24,000 bases of DNA, taken from positions 32,615 through 56,614 of the forward strand of contig JAEZJF010000020.1 of assembly GCA_023415825.1 (NCBI GenBank), read 5' to 3'. This DNA comes from Bacillota bacterium. GTDB taxonomy: Bacteria; Bacillota; Clostridia; DSM-8532. The position numbers were made by a program, and so were the translations under genes. Positions 1 to 7,733 of the stretch are shown here, one piece after another; position 1 is the stretch's first letter, and each line of letters begins with the position of its first letter. The notes below the pieces were generated by a model that did no database searches, was not told the DNA's origin, and worked only from the letters and a program-made list of their open reading frames with translations.

Positions 1-10
1 GATAAAACAT

Positions 11-46
11 GAGGTGCGTTCCTTTCGAAACGCACCTCTTTTTGTT
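11..46. terminator. Rho-independent hairpin, probably bidirectional. It would end the abrB-like gene on the - strand and a + strand gene lying left of the window.
   Basis: Perfect 10-bp stem GAGGTGCGTT (11-20) / AACGCACCTC (29-38), followed by TTTTTGTTTG on the + strand. It lies 16 nt beyond the - strand stop codon at 55-57. Confidence 0.6.
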
Positions 47-54
47 TGCTTTGC

Positions 55-297
55 TTATTCCTGTTTTAATGATGCTAAGCAATCGGGACAAATATTCTTG
101 CCTTTGTAAACCTTGATATCTTTCGCATTATCGCAGAAAATACAAGCAGGCTCATATTTTCTCAGGATGATGGTTGCTCCATCCACATAAATTTCAAGAG
201 CGTCCTTCTCTGCGATATCAAGAGTTCGCCTGAGCTCGATGGGTAAAACAACTCTACCTAGCTCATCAACTTTTCTGACAATACCGGTCGATTTCAT
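55..297 (-). CDS. abrB: AbrB/SpoVT-family transition-state regulator, 80 aa, with a C-terminal CxxC...CxxC tail
   Basis: MKSTGIVRKVDELGRVVLPIELRRTLDI is the classic AbrB swapped-hairpin N-terminus. I trimmed the 122-aa track ORF to the internal ATG at 295-297, which is preceded by GGGGGGAG (complement of 303-310) at normal RBS spacing. The upstream extension has no regulator-like sequence. Confidence 0.9.
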   Translation of the reverse strand: MKSTGIVRKVDELGRVVLPIELRRTLDIAEKDALEIYVDGATIILRKYEPACIFCDNAKDIKVYKGKNICPDCLASLKQE

Positions 298-338
298 TGA
301 AACTCCCCCCCAGTCTAAATTTTTATGTACCAATTGAC

Positions 339-368
339 ATGATACCATAAAATTGTAATACCGGTCAA
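339..368 (-). promoter_or_regulatory. Putative sigma-A promoter for the abrB-like gene
   Basis: On the - strand: TTGACC (complement of 363-368), an 18-nt spacer, then TGgTATCAT, an extended -10 (hexamer is the complement of 339-344). It lies about 40 nt upstream of the ATG. Confidence 0.35.
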
Positions 369-527
369 CAATTATACTACTTAATTTATTATATTTGTTA
401 ATTTTTGCTTGATATATTAACAAATTTGTCGATTCAAGATAAGATTTATCAGCATATTTCGTATGAATAAATGTGAAGTTTTTCTATATTTATTAAAAGA
501 GAAACAGCGAATCAGAAGGTATTTACA

Positions 528-1145
528 ATGCTCAATATCATCTGGGTCATTATGATTTTTGCCGGTGTTGTGACCGGACTCTTGACCGGAAGGGTTAAGG
601 AAGTGTCCGATGCTGTCCTTTTGAGCTGCAGTAATGCAGTCAGTTTATCCATTACTATGCTGGGCGCCATGTGCTTGTGGTGTGGCATTATGAAGGTCGC
701 ACAAAAAGCCGGTCTTGTGGAGTTTATGGCAAAGCTTCTTAAGGGAGTGTTTAAATTCCTTTTTCCCGGCATTCCTAAGGGGCACGCGGCCAACGGTGCT
801 ATTGCCATGAGCATCAGTGCTGATCTTTTAGGCTTGGGGAACGCCGCCACTCCTTTAGGAATAATAGCCATGAAAGAGCTGTCTGCCGTTAACGGTCATT
901 CGCCTGTTGCCAGCAATGCCATGGTCATGTTCGCGGTGGTTAATGCAGCCTGTATTCAAATCATTCCTGCCACTGTTTTGATTATTCGTCAACAGGCCGG
1001 GTCCACGGATGTTGCTTCTATTATTCCCTGTGTGTGGATAGCTTCATTGGTTTCGACTTTCTCCGGCATTTTGGCTGCCAAGCTGCTTGAAAAGAGAACA
1101 AGGGAACCCTCCATGTCATTGCATACGCCTGTAAACATTTGGTGA
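528..1145 (+). CDS. spmA: Spore maturation protein A (nucleoside-recognition/Gate-domain membrane protein)
   Basis: A 205-aa polytopic membrane protein. The N-terminus MLNIIWVIMIFAGVVTG and the motif GLGNAATPLG are typical of SpmA. It is immediately followed by a SpmB-like partner. Confidence 0.8.
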   Translation: MLNIIWVIMIFAGVVTGLLTGRVKEVSDAVLLSCSNAVSLSITMLGAMCLWCGIMKVAQKAGLVEFMAKLLKGVFKFLFPGIPKGHAANGAIAMSISADLLGLGNAATPLGIIAMKELSAVNGHSPVASNAMVMFAVVNAACIQIIPATVLIIRQQAGSTDVASIIPCVWIASLVSTFSGILAAKLLEKRTREPSMSLHTPVNIW

Positions 1146-1156
1146 AAGGGTCTGTT

Positions 1157-1675
1157 ATGTTTGATTTTATTGCAAACTTCTCTATTCCAGGCATTATTCT
1201 GATCATTGTTTTAGTGGCCTATTTTAAAGGGGTTCCGGTTTTCGACACGTTTGTCGAGGGTGCCAAAGAGGGAGCTAAAACAGCCTTTGAGATACTACCC
1301 GTTATGGTGGGTATTCTTGCAGCTGTTTCTATATTAAATGCGTCGGGGCTTATCAGCATCTTGACAAATCTGATTAAAGGTCCTGCCCAGCTTGTGGGGA
1401 TTCCACCCGAGACCATACCTATACTTTTGATCAGACCCTTCTCAGGAAGCGCATCTCTGGGGCTATTTACCGAGCAGATCAAAGCCTACGGTCCGGATAA
1501 GTATCTTGGCAGAGCCCTATCGACCATTATGGGTTCCAGTGAAACAGTTTTGTATACATTGGCACTTTATTTCGGGGCTACAAGTGTAAAGAATACACGT
1601 CATGCGCTTGTAGCCTCTCTCATATCGTCCTACGCGGGAATGCTTGCGGCCATTTATATCAGTAAAATTCTATAG
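1157..1675 (+). CDS. spmB: Spore maturation protein B
   Basis: A hydrophobic protein of about 172 aa containing RPFSGSASLG and SETVLYTLALYFG, adjacent to spmA. I chose the ATG at 1157, which follows GAAAGGG (1144-1150). The track instead starts at TTG 1139, overlapping the spmA stop. Confidence 0.8.
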   Translation: MFDFIANFSIPGIILIIVLVAYFKGVPVFDTFVEGAKEGAKTAFEILPVMVGILAAVSILNASGLISILTNLIKGPAQLVGIPPETIPILLIRPFSGSASLGLFTEQIKAYGPDKYLGRALSTIMGSSETVLYTLALYFGATSVKNTRHALVASLISSYAGMLAAIYISKIL

Positions 1676-1778
1676 GGGCTTTTGTCCTTTCACCTTCCTC
1701 TCCCATACGCAATATGATGTTAATACAGAATGCGTAAAAACCGCCTTAGAAGGGGTTGTTCAAAAGAGGAGGGTTACT

Positions 1779-2549
1779 ATGTCAAAAGAAATTGTTGACG
1801 TGCAAAAGGTTGGTATGAAGTATCAGTCCTTGAATGGTGAAATTAACGCCATTGAGGAGATATCATTCACGGTAGACAAAGGAGAATATGTAAGCCTTGT
1901 GGGTCCCAGCGGCTGCGGCAAATCTACTCTTCTTTCAATTATTTCGGGTTTGCTGAAAGCTACCCAGGGACGCGTTACCATAGACGGAGAAATCGTAGCA
2001 AAAACAACCGATAAAGTGGGATATATGCTTCAAAAGGATTATCTTTTTGATTGGCGTACTATCTACCAAAATGTCATTTTAGGACTGGAAGTCAGAAAAA
2101 TACTTACACCTGAAAACAAGTCTTATACCCTGGAGCTTCTTAAAACCTACGGTCTTTATGACTTTAAAGATAAATATCCCAGTCAGCTATCGGGAGGAAT
2201 GCGCCAGCGTGCTGCATTGATTAGAACCCTGGCCGTGAAACCGGAAATTCTTCTTCTGGATGAGGCTTTTTCAGCCTTGGATTATCAGACACGGCTTGCC
2301 GTAACCGAGGATATTTACAGTATCATCAAAAGTGAAAACAAAACGGCTATCATGGTTACCCATGATATCGCCGAAAGCATCAGCATGTCGGATCGGGTTA
2401 TTGTTTTGTCAAAGAGACCTGCAGTTGTCAACAGCATTCATTCCATAGATTTTGATTGTCCCATGCGTACACCGCTTAAATGCCGGGAAGCTCCTAATTT
2501 CCGCAATTATTTCAACGACATTTGGAAGGAGCTTGATGTGCATGTCTAA
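1779..2549 (+). CDS. ABC transporter ATP-binding protein (NitT/TauT nitrate/sulfonate/bicarbonate-type family)
   Basis: Walker A GPSGCGKST, signature LSGGMRQR, Walker B LLLDEAFSALD and H-loop VTHD. The start was trimmed to ATG 1779, preceded by AAGAGGAGGG (1764-1773). Confidence 0.9.
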   Translation: MSKEIVDVQKVGMKYQSLNGEINAIEEISFTVDKGEYVSLVGPSGCGKSTLLSIISGLLKATQGRVTIDGEIVAKTTDKVGYMLQKDYLFDWRTIYQNVILGLEVRKILTPENKSYTLELLKTYGLYDFKDKYPSQLSGGMRQRAALIRTLAVKPEILLLDEAFSALDYQTRLAVTEDIYSIIKSENKTAIMVTHDIAESISMSDRVIVLSKRPAVVNSIHSIDFDCPMRTPLKCREAPNFRNYFNDIWKELDVHV

Positions 2550-3366
2550 GACAGATGCAAACTTGTCACCCGAAAGAAGAGCGTATCTTAAAAAAGTTCA
2601 GATAAAAAAAATTGCCACCTGGCTGGTTCGTCTCTTAATACTAGTCGTTTTCTTTGCAGCCTGGGAGATTGCGGCACGCCTTAAGCTTATCGATGCTTTT
2701 ATAACCAGCCAGCCCTCTCGTATGCTAAAGACTCTTAGTAACCTTTATCAGGAGGGAGAGCTTTTTGTACACATCGGTGTGACCTGCCTAGAAACCATAG
2801 CAGGTTTTGTTATCGGAACCCTTATCGGAACACTATTTGCTATTCTATTGTGGTGGTCCGACTTCACTGCTCATGTTCTGGAGCCTTATTTGGTTGTTCT
2901 GAACAGTTTGCCCAAGATCGCCCTCGGCCCTATCTTTATCATATGGATTGGAGCCGGGCCGTCTGCCATTATCGTTATGGCTTTGGCCATTTCACTTATA
3001 GTAACCATACTGGAGGTCTTAAACGGCTTTATCCAGACCGATGAAGACAAGATTAAGCTGGTGCAGACCTTCGGTGCCAATCGTCTGCAGGTTTTCACGA
3101 AAGTGGTGCTGCCCTCAAACATTCCTGCTATGATCAATGCCTTGAAAATTAATGTTGGTTTGTCCTGGGTAGGCGTCATTGTGGGCGAGTTCCTGGTATC
3201 CAAAGCCGGTTTGGGCTATCTCATCGTTTATGGTGGTCAGGTTTTCCAATTGGATTTAGTCATGACAAGTGTGATTATTTTGGCTATTGCAGCCGCTGTT
3301 ATGTATCAAGGTGTGGTTTGGATAGAAAAGAGACTTGTGGGGAACCAAGCCACTCAAAAACATTAA
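2536..3366 (+). CDS. ABC transporter permease (BPD_transp_1 type, NitT/TauT family)
   Basis: A six-TM-like hydrophobic protein with the EAA-like segment QTFGANRLQVFTKVVLP. ATG 2536 (or 2542) overlaps the upstream ATPase stop at 2547-2549 and follows GGAAGGA, which suggests translational coupling. Confidence 0.85.
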   Translation: MCMSKTDANLSPERRAYLKKVQIKKIATWLVRLLILVVFFAAWEIAARLKLIDAFITSQPSRMLKTLSNLYQEGELFVHIGVTCLETIAGFVIGTLIGTLFAILLWWSDFTAHVLEPYLVVLNSLPKIALGPIFIIWIGAGPSAIIVMALAISLIVTILEVLNGFIQTDEDKIKLVQTFGANRLQVFTKVVLPSNIPAMINALKINVGLSWVGVIVGEFLVSKAGLGYLIVYGGQVFQLDLVMTSVIILAIAAAVMYQGVVWIEKRLVGNQATQKH

Positions 3367-3405
3367 GAAGATTCTAATAAATAGGATATAGGAGGGTGAT
3401 GATTT

Positions 3406-4404
3406 ATGAAAAGAATGGGGCTTCTTCTCATGGTGTTACTTCTGGTAATGGCTTTAATTTTAGGCTCCTGCGGTACTCAGAATAAGATCAAAGTTACACT
3501 TAGTGAAGTAACACACTCAGTTTTCTACGCACCTCAGTATGTGGCAATCAACAAAGGATTTTTTGAAGAAGAGGGAATTATACTTGAATTGAGCAATGGT
3601 CAGGGTGCTGACAAGGTTATGACGGCAGTCTTGTCAGGACAGGTGAACATTGGTTTTGCCGGTCCGGAAGCCAGTGTGTATGTCTATAACGAAGGTAAAG
3701 AGGATTATGCCGTAGTCTTTGCCCAACTCACAAAAAGGGACGGCTCCTTCCTTGTAGGCAGAAAACCGGAACCCGATTTCAATTGGGGAAAATTAAAAGG
3801 CAAGTACATTATCGGCGGCAGGAAGGGCGGAGTACCTGAAATGACGCTGGAGTATGTCCTGAGAAAGCATAAGCTGGAGCCCAATGTGGATTTGACGGTA
3901 GATACCAGCGTACAATTTGCTGTGATGGCAGGGGCGTTTACCGGTGGTACCGGCGATTATGTCACGCTTTTTGAACCCACTGCCACAATGCTTGAGAAAG
4001 AGGGCAAGGGCTATGTGTTAGCTTCCATAGGTCAGGACAGCGGAGAAATACCTTATACGGCCTATTTTGCTAAAAAGAGCTACATCGAAAAGAACAAGGA
4101 TCTCATACAACGCTTCACCAATGCCATCTACAAGGGACAAAAATGGGTGGATAGCCATACGCCGAAAGAGATTGCAGAGGCTATCAAGGATTCCTTCCCC
4201 GATACCGACATAGCTGTTTTGGAAAATGTTGCAAAGCGCTATCAGGACATTGACGCCTGGAACAAGGACCCTGTTATGAATGAAGCTTCATTGGAGCTTC
4301 TTCAGAAGGTCATGGAGGAAGCCGGAGTTCTTGACACCAAAGCGCCTTACGGCAAGCTTGTCAACACCGATTTTGCCCAAAAAGCCATTGATAAGGTGAA
4401 GTAA
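3406..4404 (+). CDS. ABC transporter substrate-binding lipoprotein (NMT1/THI5-like, SsuA/TauA-type)
   Basis: Signal peptide with lipobox LILGS-C. The mature part has NMT1-like features (HSVFYAPQYVAINKGFFEEEGI). RBS GGAGGG at 3391-3396. It is the last gene of the ATPase-permease-binding protein unit. Confidence 0.85.
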   Translation: MKRMGLLLMVLLLVMALILGSCGTQNKIKVTLSEVTHSVFYAPQYVAINKGFFEEEGIILELSNGQGADKVMTAVLSGQVNIGFAGPEASVYVYNEGKEDYAVVFAQLTKRDGSFLVGRKPEPDFNWGKLKGKYIIGGRKGGVPEMTLEYVLRKHKLEPNVDLTVDTSVQFAVMAGAFTGGTGDYVTLFEPTATMLEKEGKGYVLASIGQDSGEIPYTAYFAKKSYIEKNKDLIQRFTNAIYKGQKWVDSHTPKEIAEAIKDSFPDTDIAVLENVAKRYQDIDAWNKDPVMNEASLELLQKVMEEAGVLDTKAPYGKLVNTDFAQKAIDKVK

Positions 4405-4416
4405 TTCCTTTCTTAT

Positions 4417-4456
4417 AAAAAGCGAGTGCTGATTTCTTTACGGCACTCGCTTTTTG
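4417..4456. terminator. Bidirectional rho-independent terminator shared by the convergent ABC operon and the minus-strand exported-protein operon
   Basis: AAAAAGCGAGTGC (4417-4429) ... GCACTCGCTTTTT (4443-4455). The core is a 9-bp GC-rich stem with an A-tract on one side and a T-tract on the other. Confidence 0.75.
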
Positions 4457-4468
4457 CTGCAATGTCTG

Positions 4469-5302
4469 TCATTCTTCAAAAGTGAAGTAGAGCATCCACT
4501 CATTACCTCCATTATTTTCAAAGAATGCACTGAAGGACTTATATAGCTTGCCCTTGTGCTTAAAGTCATGCAATGTGTAGGATCTTGACTCTACCTCAAA
4601 GCCCTTGCTTTTAAGTTCTGCCTCCCATGCATCAATAGCCTCTTCTGTCAGTTCAATGAAGTATAAATCTCCATAGTTACCCGTGTCTTCACTGGGTGGA
4701 TTAACTGAAGTCAGGTATCCATCTGTGATGGGAGGAACAAAGCCCAGAAGATCATCGGGCCAGTCTGTAACATCTTCTTTATAGGAATCAATGTCAAGGG
4801 TATTACCATAAAGATCTAATTCGATACTAAAGGTATCCTTGCAGTATCGACCATTATTTTCATAAAAGCCATTTTTCTCAAGCTCTTTGATATATTCATC
4901 CAGGTCTTGCTGATTGGTGTCTTTAATCCGAATAAAGACATTAAATTCACCCTCTGAATTATTCCAAACCACAATCTTCCCCTTAGTATATGGGGGTATG
5001 TCTGGGGAAAGGCATTCCTTGGGCCAATTGGTTTTTCCACCGCTCAGGAAGCCTATGGCGTCGTCCAAATCCATTTCGGGAAAAGGAGTTGATGGGGTAG
5101 GCGTCATAACCTCCTCTTCATTGAAGGAATTTACATAAAGGAGATAAGCCATATTATCACCAATAGGGTATTCGGCTACTGTTTTAAAATCATTGGAAAA
5201 TGCCTGCTCCTCTTTGGGCAGATTTTTTAGTGTCTTTTCTCCAGGCCCGCAGCCTGCAAGGAGAACGCTTATGATTAAGAGAATGATTGCAATACGTTTC
5301 AT
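4469..5302 (-). CDS. Lipoprotein of unknown function (277 aa) with an internally duplicated domain
   Basis: Signal peptide MKRIAIILLIISVLLAG-C with a lipobox. RBS GGAGG 9 nt upstream. I recognise no catalytic motif. Two homologous modules of about 85 aa are visible (WP..PP.T.G...EL...GF). Confidence 0.7.
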   Translation of the reverse strand: MKRIAIILLIISVLLAGCGPGEKTLKNLPKEEQAFSNDFKTVAEYPIGDNMAYLLYVNSFNEEEVMTPTPSTPFPEMDLDDAIGFLSGGKTNWPKECLSPDIPPYTKGKIVVWNNSEGEFNVFIRIKDTNQQDLDEYIKELEKNGFYENNGRYCKDTFSIELDLYGNTLDIDSYKEDVTDWPDDLLGFVPPITDGYLTSVNPPSEDTGNYGDLYFIELTEEAIDAWEAELKSKGFEVESRSYTLHDFKHKGKLYKSFSAFFENNGGNEWMLYFTFEE

Positions 5303-5339
5303 TGCTCATCGCCTCCGGATTTTAATATTACTTACTGCT

Positions 5340-6719
5340 TTACCCCGGGAAAAAATCTGGTTCTTCCGGGGTTCCACCTGTGGTCAGGGGAGTAAGAGGC
5401 ACAATTTCAGGGGTATTAATGGGCTCCAAAGGTACAATTTCAGGGGTATTAATGGGTTCCAAGGGTACTATTTCAGGAGTGGTAATGGGTTCTAAGGGCA
5501 CAATCTCGATCTCAGTTTCTTCGCCCTTTTTGCTCTCTTCATCTAATTCTTTTTCCATGCCTTCCTTCATTTTTTCTTCCCATTCCTTGAGAGCCTTTTC
5601 TTGCTCTTCCTTGGCCTTCCTGCGCTGCTCTTCCTGAAGCTCTTTTTGCTTGCGTTCACGCTCGGCCTTGGTGATATCGTCCAACGGGAATTTCTCCAGC
5701 ATGGAAGGGAAGGAAAGATCCCCGCCGCCGGGACGCATATTGAGCACGAGGAGCTTATATTCTCCGCCGCTTCCCACCAGTTTCAAATCCAGGGGGGCGA
5801 CCCGTTCATCTCTGAACATTTCTCCTCCTGCTTCAATATTCATGTTATCGTCAATGATTTTAGGATCTAGAACAGAGGTTGTATTTGTCATGATGGATAT
5901 GATGGTATTGGTTCCGTTATCGGCCTGGGAATCTATTTTAAACCGCGCGTTATGGTTGACGGCATCAATACTTGTACCGCCAAAGCCCTTTAAGAAGTCC
6001 AGATTACTTCCGTCCAGCATATCCTGCATCTTTTGTTTCATGCTTAAGGACACGTATCCCACATAGGGATTACTGACCCCGTCATTGTAGACCGGGAGTG
6101 AGCTGGCCGAATAGCCTCCGAATTTCATGGCGTACAGGCCAAAACGGCACACATACCTCATGCCTTCTCCCAGGTCAACGGTTAACTGGCAGACACCCGG
6201 AGTACGGATAATCCAATCATACTCCATCAAATCCTCGGTTGCAGTCTCAGAACTTTCAGGTTCATCGGGCTTCGTTGTTGCATCCCCTGTCGGTTCGGGT
6301 GTTGCAGAGCCGCCAGGGGATGGTTTTTTAGGCTTCTTCCCTTTTCGCTTGCCCGGTCCCGTTTCGGCTTTCTTTGATTTTTCTCCTTTAAGGGGCGGCT
6401 CGCACAATACATCCTCACGTTTCACATAACCATAAAAGGAGTGGGAAACTGTGGAATTGTTATAGGTAATATAAGTATCATATAAGGTTAAAACCCAGTC
6501 CTTGTCATACTCATAAATATCTATTTCTTCATTCATGTACAAGGTCCCTATGGTAGGGAAAATTTCATTTTTCCCCCAGTATACCTTGGATGCGGTTTTC
6601 ATCTTACCCTTTGCAATGGGAGGGGAGGTGCCTGTATCCTCAGCCAATGAGCTGGGAAGGCAGAGGACGAAGGAAAGCATAATACAGGTAATAAGGCTTA
6701 AAATACGCTTCGTTTTCAT
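5340..6719 (-). CDS. Secreted multidomain protein of unknown function (459 aa): signal peptide, SH3b-like module, K/P/E-rich linker, unknown central domain, E/K coiled-coil, 11-aa proline-rich tandem repeats
   Basis: Type I signal peptide MKTKRILSLITCIMLSFVLCLPSSLAED. The segment GTLYMNEEIDIYEYDKDWVLTLY resembles a bacterial SH3. A charged segment follows (ERERKQKELQEEQRRKAKEEQEKALKEWEEKMKEG), then the C-terminal repeats (EIVPLEPINTP)n. RBS GAGGT 7 nt upstream of the ATG. Confidence 0.75.
   Translation of the reverse strand: MKTKRILSLITCIMLSFVLCLPSSLAEDTGTSPPIAKGKMKTASKVYWGKNEIFPTIGTLYMNEEIDIYEYDKDWVLTLYDTYITYNNSTVSHSFYGYVKREDVLCEPPLKGEKSKKAETGPGKRKGKKPKKPSPGGSATPEPTGDATTKPDEPESSETATEDLMEYDWIIRTPGVCQLTVDLGEGMRYVCRFGLYAMKFGGYSASSLPVYNDGVSNPYVGYVSLSMKQKMQDMLDGSNLDFLKGFGGTSIDAVNHNARFKIDSQADNGTNTIISIMTNTTSVLDPKIIDDNMNIEAGGEMFRDERVAPLDLKLVGSGGEYKLLVLNMRPGGGDLSFPSMLEKFPLDDITKAERERKQKELQEEQRRKAKEEQEKALKEWEEKMKEGMEKELDEESKKGEETEIEIVPLEPITTPEIVPLEPINTPEIVPLEPINTPEIVPLTPLTTGGTPEEPDFFPG
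5398..5513 (-). repeat. In-frame 33-bp tandem repeat, three full units plus a partial one, encoding EIVPLEPI(N/T)TP
   Basis: + strand units GGCACAATTTCAGGGGTATTAATGGGCTCCAAA (5398-5430), GGTACAATTTCAGGGGTATTAATGGGTTCCAAG (5431-5463) and GGTACTATTTCAGGAGTGGTAATGGGTTCTAAG (5464-5496), plus a partial unit at 5497-5513. A degenerate copy extends toward about 5380. Confidence 0.9.
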
Positions 6720-6734
6720 TACACGAACCTCGCT

Positions 6735-7352
6735 TTATTTATATTTAAGTCCGTCAGGTAATTCAAAAAAGCCGGCTTTATAATCGATAATCTCAAAAGA
6801 AAAGGTCTTGATGCAGAAGAGAGGTGCATCACAAAAAAGGATGGAGCCGGTCTCTTCATCTATATAGAGCCGGAGATCCTCAGTATCATCGCCATTGCTT
6901 ATTCCATAGACGCGGCATGTTCGTCCGCAGTACTCGTAGGATTCACCGGCAGTGACTTTATACTCTGTCATATTCAACATCTTGGCAAAATCCAGAGAAA
7001 GAATGGGGCTGGACTCATGTTTCTCGGCTTCCAAAGTCCCAGGGTTATAGCTCAGGTACGTATCCTTGATGTCAATCATGATCTGTATGGTATTGTCATC
7101 CGAGTCAAGTTCATGGCAGATTCTTTGGTCCTTTGCCACAAAAAGCTCAAAATATCGGGGGATTGGGTTATTTTGTGCATCATAGAATTCTATAACCTGC
7201 TTAATGTGAAACATTTTATTATCGGAAAGAAGGTCTTCCGTTTTATCGAATTCTTTTGAAAGAGACGGAAGAGCTGTTCTTTGACATGCTGTTATAACCA
7301 GCATAAGCCCAAGCACCATTAAAACGACTTGAAATCCCAAACGCTTAGTCAT
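6735..7352 (-). CDS. Lipoprotein of unknown function (205 aa)
   Basis: Signal peptide MTKRLGFQVVLMVLGLMLVITA-C with a lipobox. It is the first gene of a tightly packed three-gene minus-strand unit, with a 15-nt gap to the next gene. No motif recognised. Confidence 0.7.
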   Translation of the reverse strand: MTKRLGFQVVLMVLGLMLVITACQRTALPSLSKEFDKTEDLLSDNKMFHIKQVIEFYDAQNNPIPRYFELFVAKDQRICHELDSDDNTIQIMIDIKDTYLSYNPGTLEAEKHESSPILSLDFAKMLNMTEYKVTAGESYEYCGRTCRVYGISNGDDTEDLRLYIDEETGSILFCDAPLFCIKTFSFEIIDYKAGFFELPDGLKYK

Positions 7353-7542
7353 AGAAATCTCTGCACCCTCCTAAACCTTTTATTGGTAATTTAACCTTAT
7401 CATATCATGAATGATAGGAAATAATAAATAAGGTTTTGTTTATAAGGAGGATTCATAAAGGGTCTTGATATGATTCTTTGGCATGCAACATCCTTCATAA
7501 AAAACGAGATGAAATTTATTTGCAATTTATGATCAATAACAC

Positions 7543-7570
7543 TTGAATCTCGATGCCTGTATGATAAAAT
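7543..7570 (+). promoter_or_regulatory. Putative sigma-A promoter for the purine permease gene
   Basis: TTGAAT (7543-7548), a 16-nt spacer, then TAAAAT (7565-7570). This would give a leader of about 155 nt. The region is AT-rich, so a chance match is possible. Confidence 0.3.
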
Positions 7571-7733
7571 AAGTTTGTTATTTTTTCGACATCTTCTTGT
7601 TATCTTTTCCTAATTCTATGCCTAAACACCAAAAAACGTACCCTTTAAACGATGCATTGGTTTAAGGTCGGTGCTTTATTTGATTTTTTGGGTCATAGAT
7701 GGGAATTATAAAAATATGACGGAGGGAAAACAA

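Noticed and set aside
55-423. Long N-terminal extensions in track ORFs (55-423, 1644-2549, 2452-3366, 7671-9164, 10633-11415, 12959-14470, 14975-15664, 16057-16896, 18279-19424, 19667-23443)
   Set aside because: In each case an internal start with a good RBS coincides with the canonical family N-terminus. The extensions cross terminators, operators or upstream genes.
7444-7533. An AAGGAGG string followed by a 20-codon ORF (ATG 7470) in the divergent intergenic region
   Set aside because: The SD-like string is about 20 nt from the ATG, which is too far. The peptide has no features. On the opposite strand the real RBS of the lipoprotein operon lies elsewhere.
7380-7733. Expected purine (guanine/adenine) riboswitch, or an attenuator, upstream of the purine permease
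   Set aside because: I could not find the conserved junction sequences (UAUAAU ... UUUCUACC ... GACUAUG). The only hairpin (about 7643-7668) is an AT-rich 8-bp stem whose T-run is not adjacent, so it is not a convincing terminator.
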